64,000 nt of DNA from Narcine bancroftii (Eukaryota): the NCBI RefSeq assembly GCF_036971445.1, contig NC_091477.1:3100001-3164000 (forward strand), given 5' to 3'. A program made the position numbers and the translations under genes. The notes beneath the pieces were generated by a model. The model did not search any database. It saw only the letters and a list, made by a program, of their open reading frames with translations, and was not told the DNA's origin. Shown piece by piece: positions 13,410-25,200 of the stretch; position 1 is the stretch's first letter, and every line of letters starts with the position of its first letter.

Positions 13410-13608
13410 TGCACACATGCACGCGGTCTCGCTCACACACACACACACACACACGCGCATGCGGTCTCGCTCACACACACATGCATGGTCTCGCTCACAC
13501 ACATACACACACACGCGTGCGGTCTCGCTCACACACATACACACACGCGCGCGGTCTCGCTCACACACACACACACGGTCTCGCTCACACACACACACAC
13601 ACACACAC
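13410..13608. repeat. Compound (CA)n minisatellite punctuated by ggtctcgct
   Basis: About six units of ggtctcgct(ca)n. Confidence 0.9.
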
Positions 13609-15502
13609 AAGCCCTCCATGAGGGCTCCGTGCATACAAGCCTTTCATTACGCCAAGGGACACTGGGACACAGGGGCTTTAAAGGAAAGTTTTAAAATTTA
13701 AAGTGTAGCTTCTTTCAATGTAACATGACCATCTTGTTATATGGTTATGATACCTTGGTGAAGGGCTCAAGCCTGAATTGTTGGTTCTGTAGCCTTATCT
13801 TTGCTCTATAAAGTTCCCTGTCTGACCTGATGAATTTCTCCAGCATCGTGTTTTTCATGAGGTCATGTTGCAGTTCTATAAAACTCTAGTTAGACCACAT
13901 TTGGAGTATTGTGTTCATTTCTGATCGCCTCATTACAGGAAGGACGTGGAAGCTGTGGAGAGGGTGCAGAGGAGATTCACCAGGATGTGGCCTGGGTTGG
14001 AGCACGTGTCTTATGAGCAAGTTTAGCAGAGCTGGAACATTTCTCTTTGGAGCAAAGAAGGATGAGAGAAGACTTGATAGCGGTCTCCAAGATAATGAGA
14101 GGCATCGATAGGGTGCAGTCCTTTACTTAGACCGTACCATGGAAACATTATATTTCCTCAAGTTATGTCAGGGTCAAGTTTCAGTTTTGTAAAACAAGCA
14201 TCAAAACTCGGGTAAAAACTCTGTGTTAGTTATAGAGCCAACATCTTTATCCCAGGTCAAGACTAGCAAACACCAAAGGAGATCTGCACAAGGTGTGAGG
14301 GGGACTGTTTAGGGGTAATTTTAGACAGGGTAGTGGGTGTCTGGAAAGCATTGCCAGGCCTGGTGGTGGAGGCTGCGAAAAAAGGGACATGGACACAAGA
14401 AAAATAGAGGGTTGTGGGAATGAGGGAGGGAAGGTTTAGATTGTTGAGTAAGTTCCCAGCACATCCTCATTACCCTGGCTCTCAGTCCCGACGAAAGGCT
14501 CTGGCCCACAGCGCTGACCATTCTTTCTTTCCCACTGACATTGCGCGATCCACTGAGTTCCCAGATCAGGCTGCACGTTGCCACAGGTTCCAGCACCCGC
14601 AGTCTCCCATGTTTCCCTCCATTCCCTAATGGTCCAAAGGCCACTATCATACCTGCTTCCACCACCACTCCTGGCAGCCCGTTCCACGCACCCACCACTC
14701 TGTGTAAAATATCTTGCCTTGTAAATCTCCTTTAAACTTTAAAAGGCTCATTCCACCCTGGCCACACTCCCTTTGCCCCCTCCCGTCAAGAAGTTTCATG
14801 AGTATGAGATCACACACTCCCAGATCCAAGGGCAGATTCTCTCCTACTGTTACCAGGCTCCTGAATGGACCCCATGCCTGTAAAGTGATGCTGCCTTTGC
14901 TCTGTTTTAACTGCTCTCTCTCTGTAACTCTCCATTTCTGAACGGTGTAGTACCTGCTGTACTGTGCTTGGGTTGGTGAGCTGGTCAGCTCGCTAAAGAA
15001 ACCTCTTCACCACAGTACATGTGTCAATGACGTTCAACTTGAACTCATAACTCATCATATAAGTTGAAGTGAGTTATCCTGTTCTTTGGCAAATGGAAAA
15101 CCAAGATAATTTTGTCATGTTTTATTTCACACGTCCATTTGGATCCCTTCTCTCCTCATAATGAAAACCACCTTGATCCTCAACAGTGCAGGTTACCAGC
15201 TCCCATGGGTCATACTGGTAGCAGTCTTTGAGCTTTCATTGTATCACATAACCCATCCCCTTTCCCCCACCATTGGTTGCACCTTGAGGCCATTGGTAGA
15301 AAAATACCCTCTGAACTTGTGATTGGTTGACACTTATGTCAACCTGCCATGATATCACCAGCCTTGGGAATCCTGAAGTTGAATAGAGGCCCGAATTACA
15401 CGTGAACATCATTGAGTCCTCAGGATCATGAACCCAAATCCTAGGCTGTCCAATCTGGAGCCTGCACACATGATGCAGATTTACACCTGGGTTGTGTCTC
15501 TC

Positions 15503-15698
15503 NNNNNNNNNNNNNNNNNNNNNNNNNNNNNNNNNNNNNNNNNNNNNNNNNNNNNNNNNNNNNNNNNNNNNNNNNNNNNNNNNNNNNNNNNNNNNNNNNN
15601 NNNNNNNNNNNNNNNNNNNNNNNNNNNNNNNNNNNNNNNNNNNNNNNNNNNNNNNNNNNNNNNNNNNNNNNNNNNNNNNNNNNNNNNNNNNNNNNNNN
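15503..15698. other. Assembly gap (N run)
   Basis: 196 Ns next to simple-repeat sequence. Confidence 1.
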
Positions 15699-15728
15699 TA
15701 AGCATACATGCACTCATGCACACATATA

Positions 15729-15768
<40 letters not shown>

Positions 15769-15906
15769 ACCCCTCCCCTCCTACAAACACTAACGCATTG
15801 TGGTTCACAGGACCCATAACATGCCAAATGTTCACTTTCCACTCAAACATTCCAATTATTTTCATATTCCAAAAGAATTTTAAAAAACAAAATAAAATCC
15901 ACACCA

Positions 15907-15912
15907 TTTATT
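15907..15912 (-). terminator. CD74: Candidate CD74 polyadenylation signal AATAAA
   Basis: tttatt on the plus strand, followed on the minus strand by a GU/U-rich tract. About 1.15 kb past the stop. Confidence 0.5.
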
Positions 15913-17071
15913 GCGAAATAGTATCTCCCAGCAGAAGAGAGCAGTTACTAATCAGAAAATATTAATAAGATCAATCAATATTATTGTTTTAATTAATAAC
16001 AGGCTGAAAACATAATGATAAATAAAGTTATGATGTTAATATTCTTTAAATTGTCCAGTGAAAGAGCATTGGAGAAAATCCTAACGTGTACCCCAATAAC
16101 TGGCTGTAACCAGTGAACCCCACTGAGTGGGAGGGACAGATGATGGGCTAGAGAGAGAAATCACTTCAGATAAAATAATACTCCACGGGAACTGGGTCAG
16201 CTCTCATTGTGCATCCCATATGCCCGTTTGGAGATTGATTTCTCCCATGGGTGTTCCTCATGGTCCCAGTACTGAGTAGATGTTCTGGGATGATGGACCA
16301 AGTTTTAGGAAGTGCGGGTCATGGACAGAAGTGATGGTGTGGGGGCCAGTCGGAGTAACAGCTCCATCAAAGTGACCAGCGCAGAGTTGCCCCTGTCCTC
16401 TGGATGTTGTGCCTTGCCAGGGCTCACCTTCCCCGACTGCAGACCTACGCCCAAGGACACATCTGCATGAGATTACCACCTTAAAACCCAGCCATAAATC
16501 CCTAAAATTTCCACCAATGCTCTTTGTTGGCCTTCAGTTGCTCATCCAAGCGAATTTTACCACAAGCCTTCTAGGAGCTCCCAAAGGATACATTTTCTAC
16601 TCCAAACAAGTCCTTACAGATGACATGGTCATCAAGGATTGATGGGCCGAAAGGCCTGTTTTTGTGCTGCAAAACTCTAATCATCTAAGTAAGGAAAGGA
16701 AATAGATCTGTTCGGTACACATCAGCTGCTAAAAATGAACAATCAAACACAATGTTAATGAAGAATTAATCTTTGCAATTAATGTCTGGGGAGAAAAGCT
16801 GATGAAGATCATCTGTGTCCCCCAACGGTTCATGCTTAATCAATATCTGTGGTAAGAAAAGAAAAAAAATTTGCATCAGTTTTGGAAATATCTCCACATA
16901 CTTGATTCAACAATTCCCTTTTTTTGATGCAGAACTGAATAAATTCCGAATAAGCAATGGGAGAGAGGTTACAGGTGTGGAGCAGGACTACAGAGGGCTC
17001 AGATTCCCTGTGAAATTAGTGCAGAGAGGTCACGAGCTCTACTCTCGCTCTGGCTACGGCCCTTGCTCAGT

Positions 17072-17103
17072 TCAACTCGGGATTCCTTCAGCTTTGGTTT
17101 CCT
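17072..17103 (-). CDS. CD74: CD74 probable terminal exon, coding part (x|AG ETKAEGIPS*)
   Basis: Strong acceptor ctttctatctctccgattccag|. The phase-1 entry matches the upstream donors. The peptide itself is poorly conserved. Confidence 0.55.
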
Positions 17104-17159
17104 CTGGAATCGGAGAGATAGAAAGAGGTGACACATTGATGGGGTGAGGCACAGGCAAT

Positions 17160-17400
17160 GTGGGGAGAGTGGGAGATGGGGGAGAGTGACCATGTGGAGA
17201 GTGTCTATGGGGGAGTGTCTATGGGGGAGTGTCTATGGGGGAGAGTATCTGTGCCGGAGTGTCCATGGGGGAGAGTGACCATGGGGAAGTGAGTCCTTGG
17301 AGAGAGTGTCCGTGGGGGAAGAGTATCTGTAGGGAGAGTGTCTGTGGGGGAGAGTGTCGGTGGGGGACAGTGTCTGTGGGGAGACTGTGACTGGGGAGAA
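17160..17400. repeat. G-rich degenerate minisatellite (ggggagagtgtc..) on the 3' side of the Tg exon
   Basis: Tandem units of about 15-17 bp, same family as 17930-18285. Confidence 0.85.
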
Positions 17401-17562
17401 ATAATCTATTCCCACTGCTCACTACTGTCCCCTACCACAGTAGGCTGAGTCAGTGAATCTGTGAATGCGGGAGCTGCATTTGGGGTTTCAGTAACTCTGT
17501 TGAGGGGCTGTGTAATCGCAGCCTCGGGTTGCAGGTCCTTGGCTCATCTCAATCCCACTTAC

Positions 17563-17790
17563 AGGCTGGTGAATGCAGCTGAAGTCTACTTTCACAATTA
17601 TCCAGGTGGTCACGAGTTGCTGTTCCCTTGACTTCAGTTCCATTGGGGTAGGAGCACCAGCAAAAGCCAGTGCTGGGCCAACATTGCTTGGGCTCAAAGT
17701 TCCCATCCGTATTACAAGAGGGATAGAAACTGCCAGGTTTTCTCTTCACCATTTTCCTCTTCCTCTCACACAGAGTCTCTGCCCTCTGAA
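17563..17790 (-). CDS. CD74: CD74 thyroglobulin type-1 domain exon (p41-type, 6b equivalent)
   Basis: [75 protein letters not shown] has six Cys and the QC..STG.CWC motif. Acceptor cgtgcag|, donor |gtaagt, 228 nt, phase 1-1. Confidence 0.92.
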
Positions 17791-17929
17791 CTGCACGGGG
17801 AAAATAAGGAGGGTGTCACAATGGATCCATTTGTGACTGGGATTCTCTGCTCTGTCCCACCCCCCAAACCTTCAAATGCTCCTTGTTCCAAAATCCACTC
17901 ATTGTGCAGAGATCATCAGGGAGAGTCTT

Positions 17930-18285
17930 TGGGAAGAATGTCCATGAGGGTAGAGTGTCCGTGGGGTGAGTGTCCGTGGGGATAGTGTCCATGAGGGTGG
18001 AGAGTGTCCGTGAGGGGGGAGAGTGTCCATGAGGAGAGAGTGTCATGGGGAGAGTGTCCGTGAGGTGAGTGTCCATGGGAAGAGAATCCGTGGGGAAGAC
18101 AGTGTCCATGGGGAGAGTGTCCGTCGGGGTAGTGTTCATGAGGAGAGTGTCCATGGGGGAGAGTGTGTCCATGGGGAGAGTGTCCATGAGGAGTGTGTCC
18201 ACGGGGAGAGTGTCCGTGGGGAGAGTTTCCGTGGGGAGAGTGTCCGTGGGGAGAGCGTCTGTGGGGAGAGTGTCCATGGGGAGAT
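17930..18285. repeat. G-rich minisatellite (gagagtgtccatggg / gagagtgtccgtggg) on the 5' side of the Tg exon
   Basis: More than 20 tandem units of about 15 bp. Confidence 0.9.
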
Positions 18286-18789
18286 TGGATGATGGGGGTG
18301 AGATTCCATGGGCTGTGGGGGGAGGGGATTCAGTGGGTAGAGATGAGACAAGCTGTACTCATAGAATGTTCAACGTTCCACTGTGCAGATTGTGGACGCA
18401 GATTGTACAAAGCTCTTCTTGGTGTCCGTGGCCCAAAATTGGAGTTTGTTGGAATGATTAAAGAAGAATTTGGAATATGGGCAAAGGAATAGCGATGGGA
18501 ATGGGGCAAGTGCAATCAGTTACACCAGGGCAGGACTTACACGGTAATTGGTGGGGCCCTGGGAGGAGCTGTAGAGAGAGACTATGGGGGTAGAGATAAA
18601 GAGTTCCAGGAAGGTGAGTAATGAAACCGTTTGTCACGCTTGTCTGCATTATACAAGATGTTGGTGAGTCCACACTTGGGGTATTGTGTACAATCTTGTT
18701 TGCCCAGCTACAAGAAAGGGGACAAGAAATAATATTCCCAGTAATGAGGAGTTTCATTAATAAGGTGGATCGGTTTGGACTTGGGCAGC

Positions 18790-19035
18790 AGGGTTGGCAC
18801 ACCGGTTAGTGCAACACCTTTACAGCGCCAGCGATCGGGGCCAGACCGGGGTTTAAATCATGCACTGTCTGTAAGGAGTATGTATGTTCTCCCCGTGTCT
18901 GCACAGGTTTTCCCCGGGGGCTCCGGTTTCCTCCCACTGTTTGAAATGTACCAGGGGGTGTAGGTTAATGGGGTGTAATTTGGCGGCACGGGCTCATGGG
19001 CTGAATTGGCCTGTATGTCTACAGTAAAAATTTAA
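18790..19035 (+). mobile_element. tRNA-derived SINE
   Basis: Same family as 8150-8385 (ctttacagcgccagcgatcggg...ctgtctgtaaggagt). Confidence 0.7.
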
Positions 19036-20159
19036 AAGCAACTAACACATTTAAGGGCTCATCTCACTCTCTTCACTCCACTTCCAAGAGGAAGAAGGTT
19101 CACAAGTGTGAGATCACACCCCCCCACCCCCACCGCCCCGATTCAAAGGCAGATTCTTTCCTGCCATAATCAGAATAATCAGACATTTGAATAATCCCTA
19201 CGCCTGTAAGGTGATGCTGCCTTTCCTTTAACTGCCCTCTCTGTAACTCTGTAGTGCTGAACAGTGGACATGTACAGGAATGTTCAGAAGGAAAAGGGCC
19301 AATAAGACCATAAGACATAGGAGCAGAAATAGGCCATTCAGCCCATCGAGTCTGTCCCACCATTTAATCAGGAGCTGATCCATTTTCCCAACTGCCCGGC
19401 CTTCTCCCCATAACCTTTGATGCCCTATTAATCTCTGCCTTAAACTCAGGAAAATGGGACTAGCTCAGGTAGACAACTTGGATAGCATGGACAAGTTGGG
19501 GTGTAGGGCCTGTTTCTGTGCTGTAGAACTCGTGTCATTCTGATAAGGCTTTGGTTTTCCCAATATACCTACTCAGCTTGAGCCCAGGGTTGTCACCATC
19601 TCTCAGGTCAGCAAGCAACATGTGTGATGCCAATTGTGAGAGTCCCCTCTGGTTGGCACTGTTTGACATCAACCCCTCCAGCAGAATAGCAATGGAACCT
19701 CATGGCGCATCAAGCAATCTCAATGGTGGAGAATCTTGTTAGTCTTCAATTACTTCCAAAGAAATCAACACTGCACCACCAGGATTGGTGGATGGATTTA
19801 GCACTGAATGGAATTCCGACTCCAGGTCCTGATCAGACTTCCCCTCTACACAAACTGGTTTGGCCTCGAGGTGGAGAAAGGTCCCCAGCAGTGGTGGTCG
19901 GCAGAACTGGAATTCAGCAGTGGAGCTGCACACGTGGACATATGAACCTGGAGCAGAAGTGGGCTTTTCTCCTCTTCTAGTCTGCTCCCCCATTGGTTGG
20001 GAGTGTAACCTTTCACCAGCTTGCTTAAGAGGAAATTCCCTAACTCTGCCTTGCAAATATTCAGAAATGCTGTTTCCACCATCTTTGAGGAAGAGAGCGT
20101 TCATGATTCCCAAAACTGAGAAAAGATTTGTCTCCCACAAATGAACCCCTCAGTCGTCA

Positions 20160-21510
20160 GGGATTGAGTTCAAGGGCCACAAGGTAATGTTGAAGCTCTA
20201 CAAGACCCTGGTTAGTCCACAGAGTATTGTGTTCCATTGTGGTTATCTCATTATGGGAAGATGTGGAAGCTTTGGAGATGGTGCAGAGGAGATTTACCTG
20301 GATAGATTAAATGAGTGGGAAAGGGTCTGGCAGATGGAGTACAATGACGGTTAATGTGAGGTTATCCATTTTGGAAAGCAAAATGGAAGATCAGAATATT
20401 ATTTAAATGGCAAGTGATTGCATTATTGCTGCCATCCAGAAAGACTTGGGAGCGCTTGTGCATGGACTCGCAAAAGGTTGGTTTACAGGTGCAGCAGGTA
20501 ATCATGAAGGCAAATGGAATGTTGGCCTTCACTGCCAGAGGGATTGAGTTTAAGAGCAGGGAGGTTATGCTGCAACTGTACAAGGTCCTGATGAGGCCGC
20601 GTCTGGAGTAGAAGAAGGGGGTTCACCTTCAAGGAGAGATCGAGCCGTTTGGGACTGTACTTGCTGGAATTTAGAAGAATGAGAGGGATCTTATAGAAAA
20701 GTATAAAATGATGAAAAGTGCAGATAAGATGGAGGTTGGTAAGTTGCTACCATTGGTGGAGACCAGAACTAGGGGACTGAGAGTAGTAGATTGAGAGTAG
20801 TAGATTTAGGACGGAGATGAGGGGGTACTGCTTTTCCCAGAGGATGGGGAATCTGTGGAATTCACTGCTCTTTGAAACAGTGGAGGTTTCCTCAGTAAAT
20901 ACATTTAAGACGAGGTTGGATAGATTTTTACATAGTCGGGGAATTAAGGAATATGGGCAAAAGGCAGGTCGGTGGAGATGAGCCCATCATCAGATCAGCT
21001 GTGATCACATTGAATGGTGGAACAGGCTTGACGGGCCGGATGGCCGACTCCCACTCCTATTTCTTGTGTTCTTATGTTGCCTGGATTGGAGAACATGTCT
21101 TATGAAGAAAGAAAGAATGAGCTAGGGCTTTTCTCTTTGGAGCGATAAAGGATGAGATGGAACTTAATTGAGGTGTTTAAGTTATGAGGGACGTAGATAA
21201 GGTGGACAACCAGCATCTTTTTCCCAAGGCACCAAAGGCCAATACCAGAGGACATATGTACCAGGTGAGTGGAGGAAAGTTTAGGGGAGACATCAAGGAT
21301 AAGGTATTTACACAGAGAGCAGTGGGGGCCTGAGATGCATTGCTGGTGGTGGAGGCTGGTACAATAGGGACTCTGAGACAGGCCGATGGATGGAAGAGAA
21401 AGAGAGTTATGGGAAAGAGGAAGGGAAGAGTTAGATTGGTGTGGAGAAGGCGTACAGAGGTTGGCACAACATCGTGGGCCAAAGGGCCTGTACCATTCCA
21501 CATTCTTACA
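20160..21510 (+). mobile_element. Nested CR1-type LINE fragments from two subfamilies
   Basis: KANGMLAFTARGIEFKSREVMLQLYKVLMRPRLE motif and two separate CR1 3' tails. Confidence 0.75.
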
Positions 21511-21995
21511 TTTAATATGTTCCAATATCATGGGTTTAGAAAAAAGAACAATCCAGAAGGATACAGGCCCTTCAGTCCATGATGCTGTACTGACCTATAT
21601 TAACCAACTCAACAAACTAACCCTCCCCTCCTTCCTTCCCATAACCCTCTGTTTCTCTTCCATCCATCGGCCTGTCTAAGAGACCCTGTTGTACCAGCCA
21701 CCACCACCAACCCACACCAATGCATTCCAGGCACCCACCACTCTCCATGTTTATTTTCTAATTTAATTTTTTTAGATTTAAATTTAAATCTTAAATTTAG
21801 ACGTACAGCATGGTAACAGACCCTTTCGGCCTATGAGCCCGTGCCACCCAATTACACCCAACTGACCTAAAGCCCCCCCTTAATTCACCTTCCTTTCGGA
21901 TTCTAGATTCCCCTTTTCCCAACCACATGGATTTCCTCACACCCAGTGGTTGACGCGCGCCATTCCCCAATCCCAGTGTTTGTGGTCATAGTTAC

Positions 21996-22106
21996 TCTTT
22001 ATTCCTGGCATCACTAGGGGCTTTTTGGGTTCTCCAGCTGCCTCGTCCAGTTTTTCCTTGGCTTGCATCATTGGTTGCTTCGCCATGTTGGAGAATAGGT
22101 TTCTCC
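21996..22106 (-). CDS. CD74: Candidate extra CD74 cassette exon (RNLFSNMAKQPMMQAKEKLDEAAGEPKKPLVMPGIK)
   Basis: Acceptor ctttttccaacag|, donor AAGA|gtaact. 111 nt, phase 1-1, open in the CD74 frame, in non-repeat sequence. Confidence 0.6.
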
Positions 22107-22285
22107 CTGTTGGAAAAAGTAATGGTTCACTTATTTGAATGTGGGTAATGTGATGCAAAGCTCTGCCTAAGGTGGGGAGGGGGGAGAATTCAAAGGAGAA
22201 ATGTGGGGCAAGCTCACAGAAAAGTGATGAGTGGGGAGTTGACGGAGGGATGCTGGGGTGAGTGGGGTTTAGAGCAGCATTTCTT

Positions 22286-25200
22286 TTTTTTTTAAATTTT
22301 TCAAACTATGAACCAAAATACACATAAACATTTCCCTCTTGAATATCTCCCCTTTTCCCCCATCCCTTCCCTCCCTCCTTCATTCCCCCCTCCCCACTCA
22401 CTCAATGTTCAACCTATATGATACATTAAACCCATTAAACAATGTCATCACAAAATGATAATAAACAAGAAATTTGTGACATCGACTTTTACACACTGGG
22501 TCAGTTCATTTCGTCTTCTCCTTCTGTCATTTTAGGCGGTGGAGGTCCACGGTTTGACTTCTCTGTTGTGTTCCATGTATGGTTTCCAAATTTGTTCGAA
22601 TACTGTGATGTTATTTCTTAAATTATATGTTATTTTTTCCAATGGAATACATTTATTCATATCTATGTACCATTGCTGTATTCTCAGGCTATCTTCTAAT
22701 TTCCAGGTTGACATAATACATTTTTTTGCTACAGCTAAGGCTATCATAATAAATCTTTTTTGTGCTTCATCCAAATCGAATCCAAGTTCTTTACATCTTG
22801 TATTACTTAGAAGAAAGATCTCTGGATTTTTTGGAATGTTGCTTTTTTGTGATTTTATTTAATACCTGATTTAGATCTTCCCAAAACTTTTCCACTTTCT
22901 CACATGCCCTAATTGCATGTACTGTTGTTCCCGTTTCCTTCTAACAGCGAAAACATCTGTCTGATATTGTTGGGTCCCATTTATTTAACTTTTGGGGTGT
23001 GATGTATAGCCTGTGTAACCAATTATATTGTATCATGCGTAACCTCGTGTTTATTGTATTTCTCATAGTTCTGGAGCATAGCTTTTCCCATGTTTCATTC
23101 TTTATCTTTATGTTTAGATCTTGTTCCCATTTTTGTTTGGGTTTACAACTTATTTCCTCGTTCTCTTTCAGTTTGATGTACATGTTGGTTATAAATCTTT
23201 TAATTATCATTGTGTCTGTAATCACATATTCAAAATTGCTTCCTTCTGGTAATCTCAGACTGCTTCCCAATTTGTCCTTTAAGTAAGTTTTCAGTTGATG
23301 GTATGCAAACATTGTACCATTAGTGATTCCATATTTGTACTTCATTTGTTCGAATGTTAATAAATTATTTCCCAAAAAGCAATTTTCTATTCTTTTGATC
23401 CCTTTTCTCTCCCATTCTCTAAAGGAAAGATTATCTATTGTGAAAGGGATTAGTTGATTTTGCGTCAATATTTATTTTGGTAGTTGATAATTTGTTTTTT
23501 TCTTTTCTACGTGAATCTTCTTCCAAATGTTGAGCAGATGGTGCAGTACTGGTGAATTCCTATGTTGCACCAGCTTTTCATCCCACTTGTATAGTATATG
23601 TTCAGGTATCTTCTCCCCTATTTTATCTAGCTCTAATCTGGTCCAATCTGGTTTTTCCTTCATTTGATAAAAATCTGATAGGTATCTTAATTGTGTTGCT
23701 CTATAATAATTCTTAAAGTTTGGTAGCTGTAAGCCTCCTTGTTTGTACCATTCTGTTAATTTATCTAGCACTATCCCCGGTTTCCCCCCTTTCCATAAGA
23801 ATTTCCTTATTATTTTCTTTAGCTCCTTGAAGAATTTCTCTGTTAGGTAAATTGGTAATGATTGAAATAGGTATTGTATCCTTGGGAAGATATTCATTTT
23901 AATGCAATTTACCCTTCCTATCAGTGTTAATGGTAAATCTTTCCAATGTTCTAAGTCGTCTTGTAATTTCTTCATTAATGGCTGATAATTTAATTTGTAT
24001 AGATGGCCTAGATTAGTATCTAGTTGAATACCTAGTAATTGGATTGCTTGTGTTTGCCATTTAAATGGTGATCCTTTCTTAAACTTTGTGAAATCCATAT
24101 TATTCATTGGCATCGCTTCACTTTTATTTGCATTGATTTTGTACCCCGATACTTCTCCATATTCCTTCAATTTTTTATGTAATTCTTTTATTGATAATTC
24201 TGGTTCTGTTAAGTATACTATGATGTCATCTGCAAATAGACTGATTTTATACTCCTTCTCTTTTATTTTTATCCCTCTTATTTAATTTTCTGTTCTTATC
24301 AGTTCTGCCAAGGGTTCTATAGCTAACACAAACAGTGAGGGAGATAGTGGACATCCCTGCCTAGTTGACCTGCTTAATTTAAATTAGTTTGATATATATC
24401 CATTTACTGTCACCTTCGCCAATGGTCCCTTATATAATGCTTTAATCCAATTAATATATTTCTCTGGTAGGTTGAACCTCTGTAGTATTTTGAATAGATA
24501 ATTCCATTCTACTCTGTCAAAGGCTTTCTCTGCGTCTAAGGCAACTGCCACTGTTGGTGCCTTGTTTCCTTGTACTTCATGGATTAAGTTAATGAACTTG
24601 CAGATATTGTCCGTTGTTCATCTTAATAAATTCAGTTTGGTCTAGTTTTACTATTTTTGGTACACAATCGGCCAATCTGTTTGCTAATAGTTTAGCTATT
24701 ATCTTATAATCTGTGTTGAGTAGAGATATTGGTCTATACGATGCTGGTGTTAGTGGATCTTTCCCCATCTTTAGTATTACTGTAATTATTGCTGTTTTGC
24801 ATGAATCTGGTATGTTTTGTGTTTCTTCAATCTGGTTCATTACTTCCAGGAGAGGAGGAATTAATAAGTCTTTAAATGTTTTATAGAATTCTATTGGGAG
24901 TCTGTCCTCTCTCAGCGTTTTATTGTTCGGTAGTTTTTTTAATATATCGTGTATTTCCTCTATTTCAAATGATTTTATTAATTTGTTTTTCTCCTCTTCT
25001 TGCAATTTCGGTAGTTCAATTTTAGCTAGAAACTCAACTATTTTGTCTTCTTTCCCTTCGTTCTCAGTTCGATATAGTTGCTCGTAGAATTCCTTGAAGT
25101 TTTCATTGATTTCTGTTGGGTTATATGTAATTTGTTTGTCCTTTTTCCTTGATGCCAATACCATTCTTTTAGCTTGTTTTAGCTTCTCTTAGCTTGTTAA

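Noticed and set aside
15236-15907. ORFs spanning the N run
   Set aside because: Artefacts of the assembly gap and the adjacent microsatellite.
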